Positions 11,267 to 22,204 of a DNA stretch of 64,000 nucleotides are shown in pieces. The stretch is from Geopsychrobacteraceae bacterium (GTDB lineage: Bacteria; Desulfobacterota; Desulfuromonadia; Desulfuromonadales; Geopsychrobacteraceae), in assembly GCA_963662315.1 (NCBI GenBank), contig OY759353.1, forward strand, positions 2,400,001-2,464,000, given 5' to 3'. A model generated the notes under the pieces. It ran no database searches and was not told the DNA's origin. It saw only the letters and a program-made list of their open reading frames with translations. Position 1 is the first letter of the stretch. Each line of letters begins with the position of its first letter. A program made the translations under genes and the position numbers.

Positions 11267-13375
11267 ATGAAACGTTTCCAACTAACCCCCAATACTGCCG
11301 AAGTCACCCGCATTGCAGGAATATACGCGTTTTGGGGGTTCCTGTGGATTTTATTTTCCGATCAGATCATTCTGTTTTTTTTTCAGGATGCCAATCTACT
11401 TGCGAAAATTCAGACGATCAAAGGTTGGTTTTTTATCCTGGTTACAGCCGCGTTGTTATTTTTTCTGGTCAAGCGCTCCCTTGAAAAACTGGCTTTTGAG
11501 CAACAACAGTTGGCCAATGTCATGGAAGCCACCAAAACAGGTACCTGGGAATGGCATATAAAATCAGGGCAATTGCTGGTTAACGACCGGTGTCTTGCCA
11601 TTACCGGTCATTCACACGCGGAAATAGAACCAAGTGCTACTGAATTCCGTAAAAAGCTGATCCACCCAGATGATCTCCCGAAATTAAACACGACGATAAA
11701 AGAACTCAAATCCGGGAAGCGTGATTCCTACGAATGTGATTATCGTCTAAAACACAAAAACGGGAGTTGGGTCTGGACTACAGAACGTGGCAAGGTCATT
11801 CAGAAAGACTCGTACAACGCCCCCCTTGTTGTAGCGGGAACGATACATGATATAACGGCAAAAAAGAAGGCAGAAGCAGATCTGCGCCTGGCACATTATT
11901 GCCTCGATCATTCTGCTATTGCAATTTTTTCAATTGACCTTGATGGCAAAATTACCATGACCAATCACACCGCCTGTCAAAATCTAGGTTACACGAAAGA
12001 TGAAATTTACAACCTGACTCTCTTCGATATCGACCTCAACTTGAATTCTGAGATATGGGAGCAGCACCGGAACAAGTTGAATCACAAACAAGTTTTGACC
12101 TTTGAAAGTTCCCAAAAACGCAAAGATGGCAGCCTGTTTCCGGTCGAGGTCACTATCAATCACCTTATATTTGAAGAACATCCCATGTATTTTTCTTTTG
12201 TGCAGGACATATCACAACGCAAAGAATTGCAAACCGAACTGAACCAGAAAAACAAGATGGAAGCCATTGGCCTGCTTGCTGGAGGAATGGCGCATAATTT
12301 CAATAACAGTCTTGCCATCGTCCTTGGCAATCTGGAAATGGCCATCAGGAAGAATCCTAAAGATAGCGCACTGACAGACTATCTTGATAACGCCAAGGCC
12401 GCGGCGCTAAGATCCAGAGACCTTATCAGCCAGATCATGACCTACAGCCGTAAATCATCAGGAACGAATGCGTTGTTTAACATCAGTGATGTTCTACAGG
12501 AAACTTTCACGCTATTGAAATCAACAACTGCTGCGACCATTAATTTGACCTTGTCAGTGTTGGAGTCCGCGGACAACATGTGGATGCATGGTGATCCGAG
12601 CCGCATCCAGGAAATCCTTCTGAACCTGCACGGTAATGCCGTCCACGCAGTTGCTGACGCTGGAGATATCAGCATCACCCTGGAAAAAGTGTATCTTGAT
12701 TCAGAACAGGCTTTGGGCAGGGATAAAAACAATCATCTTTTCGCTAAAATCAGGTTTTCCGATAACGGTTGCGGCATACCTGAAGAAACGTTGCTGAGGA
12801 TCTTTGATCCGTTTTTTACCACAAAAAAAGTTAACGAAGGAACCGGCATGGGACTGGCAACCGTGAAAGGTATTGTCGTGCAGCATAACGGCCTTATCAA
12901 TGTCACCAGCAAGCCCGGGCTCGGAACGGAGTTCAACCTCTATTTTCCTCTTGCAGATGAGCAGAGTGCCAATCCTGTGGGACGAATAAACACCTCTATT
13001 GTAAAAGGGAGTGAAACTATTTTACTGGTGGATGACGACCTGAAGTTGAATGAGATTAACCAGGAGTTGCTTTGCGAACTGGGCTACCAGGTGGTGTCGG
13101 CCACCAATGCCGAAGCCGCGTTAAGCATTCTCCAGGAGGCGGCGCAGCGTTTCAGCCTTGTCATCACCGACCAAACCATGCCGGGGTTAAGCGGTCAGCA
13201 ACTCGCCCGAGAAATCAAAAAGTTATATCCTCAGCTGCCTATCATTCTCTGCACCGGGTACAACACCAGAAACGCTGAACAGAATATCGACCCCCGACTG
13301 TTTGCCGCAAGGTGCTTTAAACCATTACAACTCTTTGAAGTTTCGCAGGTTATCCGAAAGATTCTGGACGAGTAG
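11267..13375 (+). CDS. Hybrid sensor histidine kinase (2 TM, 2 PAS, HisKA, HATPase, REC)
   Basis: H-box GMAHNFNN, PFFTTKKVNEGTGMGL, REC VITDQTMPGLSG. Start may be ATG 11267 or TTG 11234. Confidence 0.93.
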   Translation: MKRFQLTPNTAEVTRIAGIYAFWGFLWILFSDQIILFFFQDANLLAKIQTIKGWFFILVTAALLFFLVKRSLEKLAFEQQQLANVMEATKTGTWEWHIKSGQLLVNDRCLAITGHSHAEIEPSATEFRKKLIHPDDLPKLNTTIKELKSGKRDSYECDYRLKHKNGSWVWTTERGKVIQKDSYNAPLVVAGTIHDITAKKKAEADLRLAHYCLDHSAIAIFSIDLDGKITMTNHTACQNLGYTKDEIYNLTLFDIDLNLNSEIWEQHRNKLNHKQVLTFESSQKRKDGSLFPVEVTINHLIFEEHPMYFSFVQDISQRKELQTELNQKNKMEAIGLLAGGMAHNFNNSLAIVLGNLEMAIRKNPKDSALTDYLDNAKAAALRSRDLISQIMTYSRKSSGTNALFNISDVLQETFTLLKSTTAATINLTLSVLESADNMWMHGDPSRIQEILLNLHGNAVHAVADAGDISITLEKVYLDSEQALGRDKNNHLFAKIRFSDNGCGIPEETLLRIFDPFFTTKKVNEGTGMGLATVKGIVVQHNGLINVTSKPGLGTEFNLYFPLADEQSANPVGRINTSIVKGSETILLVDDDLKLNEINQELLCELGYQVVSATNAEAALSILQEAAQRFSLVITDQTMPGLSGQQLAREIKKLYPQLPIILCTGYNTRNAEQNIDPRLFAARCFKPLQLFEVSQVIRKILDE

Positions 13376-13423
13376 AAAATGACCTTCGCTAACGACTCAG
13401 GATCGTCAAGGTCTTGAAACTCA

Positions 13424-14254
13424 TTACTGTCGCGCCAGACGGATATTGGTTATGGAAGACTCAAAATTGGAGCGAAACGGGTTGATGTCCAGCCCGCCTC
13501 TGCGGGTATAACGCGCGTAAACAGTCAGTTTCTGGGGACGACAATAACGCATCAGATCAACAAATATACGTTCCACACACTGCTCATGAAATTCATTGTG
13601 TTCACGAAAAGAAATCAGGTAACGCAATACCGCTTCATGATTTATCAGCCCTCCCTGATAGCGGATCAGGACACTCCCCCAGTCTGGCTGATTGGTCACC
13701 AGGCAGTTGCTTTTAAGCAGATGGCTGTGCAACTCCTCACTGACCTGTGAGCCTTGATCAGCCGCATTTTCCAGTAATGCAGCATCGAGTTCATAATTAT
13801 CGACAGTAATATCCAGGTCATCAATGCAGATGCCAGGCAGAACCTGCAGCGCTTCAGTGGCAAAGTCTCGGGCCTGAAGAAGATGCACACTGACCTCTCC
13901 ACCGGCGGCGGCAGACAGATCCGTCTTTATGCGCTCCTCAATCAGGGACACATCGGCAAAACGGGTCTGATTGTATGAATTCAGATACAGCTTGAACGAT
14001 TTTGATTCAATCAGGTTCGGTGTGCTGCAAGGGATATGAAATTCCCCCATGGCAACAACAGGTTTACCCTTTTCATTCAGCCACGACAATTCATAGGCAT
14101 TCCAGATATCATATCCAGCAAATGGCAACACTCCTGCCACACCGATATCATCACGCTTGACCTGCCGGGGAAAGGGGCATAACAGTCCGGCATCATAGGC
14201 TGATGGGTATTGGGTCACTTTTCCTAAAGGCAGATAACTTTCAGGACTGGTCAT
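13424..14254 (-). CDS. queF: NADPH-dependent 7-cyano-7-deazaguanine reductase (two-domain YqcD type)
   Basis: [73 protein letters not shown] favours ATG 14254. Confidence 0.97.
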   Translation of the reverse strand: MTSPESYLPLGKVTQYPSAYDAGLLCPFPRQVKRDDIGVAGVLPFAGYDIWNAYELSWLNEKGKPVVAMGEFHIPCSTPNLIESKSFKLYLNSYNQTRFADVSLIEERIKTDLSAAAGGEVSVHLLQARDFATEALQVLPGICIDDLDITVDNYELDAALLENAADQGSQVSEELHSHLLKSNCLVTNQPDWGSVLIRYQGGLINHEAVLRYLISFREHNEFHEQCVERIFVDLMRYCRPQKLTVYARYTRRGGLDINPFRSNFESSITNIRLARQ

Positions 14255-14464
14255 TTGGGTCCTCAACTTAAATAAGATTACCCTTGCATGCAGGTAAAAT
14301 ACTGATAGAATTATGCGCTTATCGCTATTATAGCTACTTTGTAGCACAAGAGTTGTTGATCTGAAAACTCTGGAAGGCTATAGCACAGTTTATGGTCTGG
14401 AAACGAGCTGTTTCCTACTAAGAACAAAGTAGTTTTATTTCACCCGTCAACATGGAGAAACATT

Positions 14465-15571
14465 ATGAAAGTCGGATTAGTCGGTTGGCGAGGCATGGTC
14501 GGCTCCGTTCTGATGCAACGAATGGTAGAAGAAAATGATCTTGCCGGTGTAGAACCTGTATTTTTCTCAACCTCTCAGGCCGGCCAGGCCGCTCCGGATT
14601 TCGGCCAGGGCGCAGGCATTCTTGAAGATGCATCAGACCTGACCAAATTGGCCGAGCAGGATGTTATCATTACCTGTCAGGGCGGAGATTACACCAAGGA
14701 TATCCATCCCAAGCTGCGCGCTGCCGGATGGGCCGGTTACTGGATTGATGCTGCATCAAGTCTGCGCATGGCAGATAATGCTGTTATCATTCTTGATCCG
14801 GTCAACCGCAATGTTATTGACAAAGCTCTGGCCGAAGGGTGTAAGGACTTTATCGGTGGCAACTGTACGGTCAGCCTGATGCTGATGGGTATTGGCGGTC
14901 TGTTTAAGGCTAATCTTGTCGAGTGGGCCAGTTCCATGACTTACCAGGCAGCTTCCGGTGCCGGCGCTCCGAATATGCGCGAATTGCTGAACCAAATGGG
15001 CGTCCTTAAGGACTGTGTCGACAGCGAACTGAAAACACCAGGTTCCAGCATTCTCGATATCGACCGGAAAGTGACGGAAACCCTGCGTGGCGACAGCCTG
15101 CCAAAAGCTGAGTTCGGCTTCCCTCTGGCCGGCAGTGTATTACCCTGGATCGACCGCGAAGTTGAAGACGGCCAGAGCCGTGAAGAGTGGAAAGGGCTCG
15201 CCGAAACCAACAAGATTCTTGCGACAGAAAAACAGATTCCGATTGACGGTATCTGTGTGCGTGTTGGCGCAATGCGCTGCCACAGCCAGGCGATCACGAT
15301 CAAGTTGAAAAAAAACCTGCCAATTGCCGAGATCGAAAAAATTATTGCTGAAGACAATCAGTGGGTAAAACTGATTCCAAACAATAAGCAGGACACCTTG
15401 GCAGGGCTGACTCCAGCTGCTGTTTCCGGAACCCTGACCGTACCGGTTGGCCGCGTGCGCAAAATGAAAATGGGCCCTGAATACCTGTCCGTTTTCACCT
15501 GTGGTGATCAGCTGTTGTGGGGTGCCGCAGAGCCGTTGCGCCGGATGCTGAACATCCTGAAAGAGAAATAA
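14465..15571 (+). CDS. asd: Aspartate-semialdehyde dehydrogenase
   Basis: [39 protein letters not shown]. Confidence 0.98.
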   Translation: MKVGLVGWRGMVGSVLMQRMVEENDLAGVEPVFFSTSQAGQAAPDFGQGAGILEDASDLTKLAEQDVIITCQGGDYTKDIHPKLRAAGWAGYWIDAASSLRMADNAVIILDPVNRNVIDKALAEGCKDFIGGNCTVSLMLMGIGGLFKANLVEWASSMTYQAASGAGAPNMRELLNQMGVLKDCVDSELKTPGSSILDIDRKVTETLRGDSLPKAEFGFPLAGSVLPWIDREVEDGQSREEWKGLAETNKILATEKQIPIDGICVRVGAMRCHSQAITIKLKKNLPIAEIEKIIAEDNQWVKLIPNNKQDTLAGLTPAAVSGTLTVPVGRVRKMKMGPEYLSVFTCGDQLLWGAAEPLRRMLNILKEK

Positions 15572-15632
15572 TACTTGACAGGCCAGCGACAAAATAGAAA
15601 CAAGCAATTTTTCGTTGTATCCAGAAAATAAA

Positions 15633-15674
15633 GGGTTTGCCGGAGGCGTAGTTCTTTCCCCCTCCGGCAAACCC
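15633..15674 (-). terminator. GC-rich hairpin with a U tract on the minus strand
   Basis: gggtttgccggagg / cctccggcaaaccc 14-bp perfect stem; followed by tttattttct on the minus strand. Confidence 0.5.
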
Positions 15675-15715
15675 GCAGATTGACACCGCCACAGCAAAAA
15701 GGCCGTTGCGGGACA

Positions 15716-15766
15716 GTGTAAACAGAAAAGCCTTCGATCTGTGATCGAAGGCTTTTCTGTTTACAC
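15716..15766 (+). terminator. Long palindromic terminator downstream of asd
   Basis: gtgtaaacagaaaagccttcgatc-tgt-gatcgaaggcttttctgtttacac, 24-bp perfect arms. Confidence 0.8.
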
Positions 15767-15774
15767 ACGAGGTA

Positions 15775-15938
15775 TTATTGACAAAAATAATAGAGTAAAA
15801 AGCTCGAAAGCGAGGTGTTCAGGAGTCAAATCGTTCCGTCCAAAGTTTAAACCTGGCGCTGTTCGCCTCGTCGTTGAGCAGGGCTATTCCATCAGGGAGG
15901 CCTGCGAAGCGATGGCAAGAGAACCCGTCAATCTTTAG
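15775..15938 (+). pseudogene. IS3-family transposase OrfA N-terminal remnant
   Basis: Frame reads SFRPKFKPGAVRLVVEQGYSIREACEAM, like the IS3 OrfA HTH start (F..EFK..A..LV.EQGYS..EA..AMG), then stops. RBS-like GAGGTG is followed by AGG where ATG would be expected. Confidence 0.6.
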
Positions 15939-16025
15939 AAAACTCGAATGATTTCCCTTTTATCTTTTGCTAAACTCATGGTCAGGTTGTGACGAAAAGA
16001 AAATCAGCTAAAGGATTGATTCTCT

Positions 16026-16166
16026 ATGAAAAAAGATCTTGTCAAACTACTGATTTATATTGTCGTTCTGGCCTCAGTCATTGCGAGCCTCTATGTTGTG
16101 GGTAAAAGCATTGACAACAAAACCAAATATCAACACCCCATCACCCGTCCAGGAGCGAAGTGGTAG
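16026..16166 (+). CDS. 46-aa single-TM small protein (absent from the ORF track)
   Basis: MKKDLVKLLIYIVVLASVIASLYVVGKSIDNKTKYQHPITRPGAKW*; AAGGA upstream; fills an intergenic gap. Confidence 0.65.
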   Translation: MKKDLVKLLIYIVVLASVIASLYVVGKSIDNKTKYQHPITRPGAKW

Positions 16167-16222
16167 GTTCAAACGCAGAAGTAAATCTGGCTACACCTCT
16201 TGGCTCTGCCCGAGCTGAATTG

Positions 16223-16852
16223 CTAACGGGCCAATTGCTCCCCAATAGCATTCATGACTCGTTCAACAATCAGAATATGTGTTTCTTTTTTATTCTCAAG
16301 CTCAAATAGATCAGAAAACTCCAGCGGTGCCCCGAATTCGATTTTTCCTTTCTGCCCGGTACTCAGAACTTTCCAGGCATTGATCCCCTCCAGACTGGTT
16401 GGAACCACAACCGGCCGGTGGTCATAAATCAGCTTGCCGACGCCACGATTTCCCGTGCCTAGTTTGCCGTCCTTATGCCTTGTCCCCTCGGGAAACAACA
16501 TGACTTTTTCGGTACGTAACAAATCACCTAGCTGCTTACCGGCCCGGACATCGCGACCACGCTTGACCGGGAAGGCCCCCCAGGAGCGGAACACAGCCCC
16601 CAGCAGCGGATTGCTGAACAGCTCCTCCTTGGCTGGCGCCCAGACCATTTGCCACGGATGGGCACGTTGGACTGCGGTCGGGATAAATACGGTGTCATAT
16701 CCAGAGATATGATTGGCCAAAAGCAGCACCCCACCTGAGTCCGGTATATTTTCTGCGCCGGTAACAACCAAACGGTTCACAACAAAAGCGTACATACCGA
16801 TAACCCAAGTGGTTGCCATAACCCAAAGCAGTCTTATAAATGATACTTTCAT
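16223..16852 (-). CDS. Lysophospholipid acyltransferase (PlsC-like)
   Basis: NHISGYD (HxxxxD), AKEELF, GAFPVKRG, FPEGTR; RBS CAGGAG before ATG 16852. Confidence 0.92.
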   Translation of the reverse strand: MKVSFIRLLWVMATTWVIGMYAFVVNRLVVTGAENIPDSGGVLLLANHISGYDTVFIPTAVQRAHPWQMVWAPAKEELFSNPLLGAVFRSWGAFPVKRGRDVRAGKQLGDLLRTEKVMLFPEGTRHKDGKLGTGNRGVGKLIYDHRPVVVPTSLEGINAWKVLSTGQKGKIEFGAPLEFSDLFELENKKETHILIVERVMNAIGEQLAR

Positions 16853-17035
16853 GACGTTCTCCTGCACTGTTTGCTCAAGTAGATGTCTCAGGCATTCAAA
16901 ATCCTTGCGACATCAGGGCGTATGCCTCATTATGAGGACTTTATCAGTTTCTGTCATGGAGTAATTTGATTAAAACCCGGTAGACAGAAGCAGAAAACTT
17001 TTTTATCAAAAAATTTCAAGTAAGGATTATCATTT

Positions 17036-17800
17036 ATGAGTTGGTTATCAGGAATTGTCGGTGGCGGGATCGGAGCGATGATCGCCGGACCTTTTGGAGC
17101 GATTATCGGAGCCGCAATCGGCGCTGGAATTGGTAACGGCCAGTCGCAACCAAAACAACTTGGCGGTATCAATCAGACTCAGCAACGCCAGGCCATCTTT
17201 TTTACCGCCGCCTATTCGATGATCGGCAAACTGGCCAAAGCTGATGGGCGGGTGTGCCCCAATGAAATTGCCGCCATAGAAAAAATTTCCAAAGAAGCTC
17301 TTGGCCTTGACCAGCAGACCCGTTCCTATGCGATTAACGTTTTTACCCAGGCTAAAGACAGCGCTAACAGTTTTGCTGACTTTGCCAATCAATTTAGCCA
17401 GTACTTTAGCAGAGACCAGCAGCTATGCAGCTTTATGATGACCTTTCTGTTTGAAGTCGCTATGGCGGACGGTGAAATGCACCCCCAGGAAGAACAGATG
17501 TTGCAGCAGGCTAAGGCCGCATTTGGTTTATCCGAAGGGGTTTACCAATCGATGTACAGCCGCTATGTCGGTCACCAGAAGGCGTCTTCCGTCAGTTTGA
17601 ATAAACATTACGAAAACCTTGGCGTATCAGCTGATGCCACAACCGCAGAAATCAAAAAAGCTTATCGCCAAAAAGCCATGGAATTTCATCCGGATAAGAT
17701 CGAAGGTAAAGGATTACCACCTGAATTTATTAAATTTGCCAATGATCGGCTGGCTGAAATCAATGAATCGTATGATAGGATTATGGCAGTACGCAAATAA
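17036..17800 (+). CDS. djlA: DnaJ-like membrane co-chaperone DjlA
   Basis: Gly-rich N-terminal TM, TerB-like KLAKADGRV, C-terminal J domain with FHPDK. Confidence 0.92.
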   Translation: MSWLSGIVGGGIGAMIAGPFGAIIGAAIGAGIGNGQSQPKQLGGINQTQQRQAIFFTAAYSMIGKLAKADGRVCPNEIAAIEKISKEALGLDQQTRSYAINVFTQAKDSANSFADFANQFSQYFSRDQQLCSFMMTFLFEVAMADGEMHPQEEQMLQQAKAAFGLSEGVYQSMYSRYVGHQKASSVSLNKHYENLGVSADATTAEIKKAYRQKAMEFHPDKIEGKGLPPEFIKFANDRLAEINESYDRIMAVRK

Positions 17801-18002
17801 TTGCAGACTTATAGCAGCGCTAATCTGCGGCTGTGCTAGTGCGGAAGGATAGCACTACGCCGCACAAGCACAGCCTTGAATCCCAGGCTACAAGGAAAAA
17901 TTTTCGCTTCAGAAACAGAGATTTCCGGGGTTGTTTTTATCCTTTGCCTGATAGGTAAAAACCGACCAGACTTAGTTGTTTTGATAGAGGAAAGGGGGCT
18001 CG

Positions 18003-19643
18003 ATGTCACAACTTACACAATCACCTGCCTGGCTTGATCTTAAGGATCATTTCTCCACCGCTGAAAAACTGCATATGCGCGATCTGTTTACCAATGATCC
18101 GCAACGTTTTGAACGTTTTTCCCTACAGCTTGACGATATTCTTTTTGATTATTCAAAACATCGCATCACTGAAGAAACGGTCGCAAAACTTATCACCCTG
18201 GCTGAGAAGGAAGGGTTGCAGGACAAAATCGCCGCCATGTTCAGGGGGGATAAAATCAATACCACCGAACAACGTGCCGCCCTGCATACCGCGTTGCGTA
18301 ATCGCAGTAACCAACCGGTCATGGTCGATGGCGTGGATGTTATGCCCCAGGTCAATGCGGTCCTGGATAAAATGCGCAGTTTCTGTGAGCGAGTACGCAG
18401 CGGTCAATGGCTTGGGGCCAGTGGACGGATGATCACGGATATTGTCAACATCGGTATCGGCGGCTCGGACCTGGGACCGCTGATGGTCACTGAAGCACTC
18501 AAGCCGTATGGTCACGAACGTCTGAACGTTCATTTTGTCTCCAATGTCGATGCGACACATCTGTGTGAAACCCTCAAAAAAGTTCACCCCGGAACTACCC
18601 TCTTCCTGATCGCTTCAAAAACTTTCACCACCCAGGAAACCATGGCCAATGCCCACTCAGCCCGCACCTGGTTTCTGAACCATGGCTTCATGGAAGAGGA
18701 TATCGCCAACCACTTTGCCGCCTTGTCCACTAACAGCGAGGCGGTCAGCGCCTTCGGCATTGACCCGGCCAACATGTTCGAATTCTGGGATTGGGTCGGA
18801 GGTCGTTACTCCCTGTGGTCAGCCATCGGCCTGTCTATCGCTCTGTACATCGGGATGGATCACTTTGAAGAGTTACTGACCGGGGCTCACCGGGTCGATG
18901 AACACTTCCGCACCGCCCCCCTGAAGGAAAATATTCCGGTCATCATGGGCTTGCTGGGGATCTGGTATAACAACTTCTTCGGCGCCGCCTCCCATGTCAT
19001 TCTTCCTTACGACCAGTATCTGCATCGCTTTGCGGCGTATTTTCAACAGGGGGACATGGAAAGTAACGGCAAAGGGACGACACTGGCTGGAGAGGCGGTT
19101 GATTACTCAACTGGCCCGATCATCTGGGGCGAACCAGGAACCAACGGGCAACATGCTTTTTATCAATTGATCCACCAGGGAACCAAGCTGATTCCCGCTG
19201 ATTTTATTGCTCCGGTAAAGAGCCACAACCCGCTGGGCAACCACCATGAGCTATTACTCTCCAACTTTTTTGCCCAACCGGAAGCCTTGATGAAGGGGAA
19301 ATCTGCCGTAGAGGCACGTAGCGAACTTGTATCTGAGGGGTTACCGGAAAGCCGGGTTGAAGAGCTGGTTCCCCATAAGGTATTTTCGGGTAACCGGCCG
19401 AGTACGTCTATCATATTTGAACAACTGACCCCTAAAACACTGGGATCATTGATCGCCCTGTACGAGCACAAAATTTTTACCCAAGGAGCGATCTGGAATC
19501 TGAATCCCTTTGATCAGTGGGGGGTTGAACTGGGCAAGCAACTGGCGAAAAAAATCCTGCCGGAGCTTGGTCAGGACGGAGAGGTTTCAGAACACGACAG
19601 CTCAACCAACGGGTTGATCAACTATTACCGGAAGCTGCGCTAA
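18003..19643 (+). CDS. pgi: Glucose-6-phosphate isomerase
   Basis: [43 protein letters not shown]. Confidence 0.99.
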   Translation: MSQLTQSPAWLDLKDHFSTAEKLHMRDLFTNDPQRFERFSLQLDDILFDYSKHRITEETVAKLITLAEKEGLQDKIAAMFRGDKINTTEQRAALHTALRNRSNQPVMVDGVDVMPQVNAVLDKMRSFCERVRSGQWLGASGRMITDIVNIGIGGSDLGPLMVTEALKPYGHERLNVHFVSNVDATHLCETLKKVHPGTTLFLIASKTFTTQETMANAHSARTWFLNHGFMEEDIANHFAALSTNSEAVSAFGIDPANMFEFWDWVGGRYSLWSAIGLSIALYIGMDHFEELLTGAHRVDEHFRTAPLKENIPVIMGLLGIWYNNFFGAASHVILPYDQYLHRFAAYFQQGDMESNGKGTTLAGEAVDYSTGPIIWGEPGTNGQHAFYQLIHQGTKLIPADFIAPVKSHNPLGNHHELLLSNFFAQPEALMKGKSAVEARSELVSEGLPESRVEELVPHKVFSGNRPSTSIIFEQLTPKTLGSLIALYEHKIFTQGAIWNLNPFDQWGVELGKQLAKKILPELGQDGEVSEHDSSTNGLINYYRKLR

Positions 19644-19645
19644 GG

Positions 19646-19686
19646 AAAAAAATCCACCGCTGAACATTGTATCAGCGGTGGATTTT
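19646..19686. terminator. Bidirectional terminator between pgi and the convergent EAL gene
   Basis: aaaatccaccgctga / tcagcggtggatttt stem with flanking A and T tracts. Confidence 0.85.
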
Positions 19687-19701
19687 GCCATTTTCAAAAA
19701 C

Positions 19702-21990
19702 TCAACATAAACTATAGCCCTGCGAACCGAACAGCAGTTGATGCGCCTGATGGCTACCCAGAGGCTGGGCTACCAGATAGCCCTGGATATAGTCGCACCC
19801 GGCCCCTTTGAGAAATTGCACCTGTTCAGGGACCTCAATCCCTTCAGCCACCGTCTTAATTCCCATATCTTTTGCCAGGGAGATACAAGCCTGGACAATC
19901 GCCTGATCGCTGATGGAATTCAGCACACTGCGCACAAAGGACTTGTCGATTTTCAGAATGTTGATCGGGAAATGCTTGATATGATTCAACGATGAGTAGC
20001 CAACCCCAAAGTCGTCGAGACTGACCGCGATGCCGAGAGCGGCGATGTCCTTTAAAACAATGGCCAGGTGCGAGGTATCTGAAAACATGGCCGTTTCGGT
20101 GATTTCGATTTCCAGCGCCTCGGGTGGCAGGTTATAGAGGTCAATATATTTTCGGATCTTATTCACCAGATCGGGGTCTTTGAGCTGCTGTGCCGAAAAA
20201 TTTACGCCGATCGACAGGTCGGTCCGTCCCAGATCAAACCAGCATTTTAATTGTCGACAGGCTTCATTGAGCACCCAATCCCCTATTTTCCGACTCAAAC
20301 CGGTTTCTTCAGCCACAGAGAAGAAGTCATCCGGATAAATCAGGCCACGCTGAGGGTGCTGCCAGCGGATCAACGCCTCAAACCCTACGATGCGCTGATC
20401 TGCAAGAGCGACCTTGGGCTGATAGTGCAAAACAAACTCCATACTGTCCAGCGACGCGTCCAGTTCAGCTTTCAACTTATTTTTTTCCAAGTAAGGCTCG
20501 TAGCGATAATCGGAGAAGAAATGATAGGTTCCGCGCCTGGTACGCTTGGCCTGATACATGGCCAGGTCGGCATGTTTGAGCAGATTGGCGAGGTCCTCTC
20601 CATCGTTGGGATAAAGGGAAATTCCGACACTGCCACCAATGCGGATAACATACTGCTCAATATCAAAAGGATTCTGTAAAGACCCCAGGATTTCCTCAGC
20701 AATGGCAATGGACTGAGCGGCAACATTCTTCTGCCCCCTGATGCCATCCAGCAGAAATGCGAATTCATCGCCATCCAGCCGGGCCACCGTATCACTGGCC
20801 CGCACCAGGGATTTCAGGCGCCTGGCGATCTGCTGCAACAATCTGTCGCCAGTTTCATGACCGTAGGCCTCATTGACCTCTTTAAAAAAATCAAGATCCA
20901 GAAACAGAATGGCCAGCGAATAACTGTCCCGTTTGGCACGCCGTAACGCCTGTTCCAAACGGTCATAAAACAGAGCACGGTTAGGCAGATTGGTGAGAGT
21001 ATCGAAATGAGCCAATTGCAGAACATGTTTCTCCGACATCATCTTTTCGGTAACATCGGTACAGATCCCGACATAGCTCTCAACATCGCCATGACTGTCG
21101 AGCACCCGGTTAATACACAACAATTGAGCAAACAGATTGCCATTCTTTTTACGATTCCAGATTTCCCCCCGCCAGACCCCTGTTTTCCCTATGGTCCGCC
21201 ACATTTCATCATAGAAGCCGTGGTCATGCTGGCCGGACCTAAACACTGAAGGCGTCTGCCCCAGGAGCTCCTGACGCGAAAACCCACTCAGCTTGAGGAA
21301 ACCGTTATTAACTCGAATAATTCTGCCATGCCGATCTGTAACAATAATCCCCTCAGAGGTTTTATTGAACACCTTTTCAGCGACATTAAGCAGTTTTTGC
21401 TTTCTACGTAACGACGACACATCGGTAACTACCGCCTGTAAATATGTGTCGCGCTCAGAGCTGGATTTACCAATAACCTTACGTCCAGCCACAGAAATGA
21501 TCCGCTGTCCATCCCCAGCCAAGCGTAATTCAAGATTCTTCCCTTCGGGACGTTTATAGAAAGCAGGATAACTGGTCGAAAACAATCTTTTATCGTCCCG
21601 GTTGAGAAAATCACTGAGAGACCTGGCGATCACATTTTCATGTTCCGGATCAAGCAGTTCCAGAAAGGTTTTGTTCGCTTTCAGAATCTGACCATCGCCA
21701 GTCAGGCTGGCATAGCCAAGCGGAGAGTAGTCATAGAGTTCCTGGTATTCTTCGGAAACCTCATCCAGCTGATGGTGAATCTGCTGCAGTTCCTGATGTC
21801 GTACTTCTATTTCGGTTTGATATGCCTGTAAACTGTTCAACAGGAAGTCCAGCTGGACCATACTGAGGTTTGGCAACTGATCCGGGTCGCAGCTCTTTGC
21901 CTTTTGGGCATCCTGCCTGAGTTTATCCAGATAATTTCGTTTTTCTTGGGACAAACCAATCACAGCAACCTCCGTAGCAACATATTCCAC
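19702..21990 (-). CDS. PAS-PAS-GGDEF-EAL protein, probably a c-di-GMP phosphodiesterase
   Basis: HFDTLTNLPNR, LDLDFFKEVN, variant DGDEF, intact FEALIRW, DDFGVGYSSL, KIDKSF, VAEGIE. GGAGG suggests a true start at GTG 21963. Confidence 0.93.
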   Translation of the reverse strand: MEYVATEVAVIGLSQEKRNYLDKLRQDAQKAKSCDPDQLPNLSMVQLDFLLNSLQAYQTEIEVRHQELQQIHHQLDEVSEEYQELYDYSPLGYASLTGDGQILKANKTFLELLDPEHENVIARSLSDFLNRDDKRLFSTSYPAFYKRPEGKNLELRLAGDGQRIISVAGRKVIGKSSSERDTYLQAVVTDVSSLRRKQKLLNVAEKVFNKTSEGIIVTDRHGRIIRVNNGFLKLSGFSRQELLGQTPSVFRSGQHDHGFYDEMWRTIGKTGVWRGEIWNRKKNGNLFAQLLCINRVLDSHGDVESYVGICTDVTEKMMSEKHVLQLAHFDTLTNLPNRALFYDRLEQALRRAKRDSYSLAILFLDLDFFKEVNEAYGHETGDRLLQQIARRLKSLVRASDTVARLDGDEFAFLLDGIRGQKNVAAQSIAIAEEILGSLQNPFDIEQYVIRIGGSVGISLYPNDGEDLANLLKHADLAMYQAKRTRRGTYHFFSDYRYEPYLEKNKLKAELDASLDSMEFVLHYQPKVALADQRIVGFEALIRWQHPQRGLIYPDDFFSVAEETGLSRKIGDWVLNEACRQLKCWFDLGRTDLSIGVNFSAQQLKDPDLVNKIRKYIDLYNLPPEALEIEITETAMFSDTSHLAIVLKDIAALGIAVSLDDFGVGYSSLNHIKHFPINILKIDKSFVRSVLNSISDQAIVQACISLAKDMGIKTVAEGIEVPEQVQFLKGAGCDYIQGYLVAQPLGSHQAHQLLFGSQGYSLC

Positions 21991-22204
21991 ATAAAAATAA
22001 GTCTATGAAAGTATAGCTTGTTTTTAGATATTTACTCAGCACACATTAAAATTCTCATCAATTTGTAACGCTTCAATGATTATTAAAATAATAGAATTAA
22101 TATTATCTCTTTTTTCTTTTTACCAATCCCGTTAGAATCAGATGCCGGACATGCTCCTGCAGCAGTAACGCGAACATTTATCCATAATCTGACAGGTGAA
22201 AACG

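Noticed and set aside
14255..14464. preQ1 riboswitch upstream of queF
   Set aside because: No AGAGGUUCUAG-like stem or A-rich tail is visible on the minus strand.
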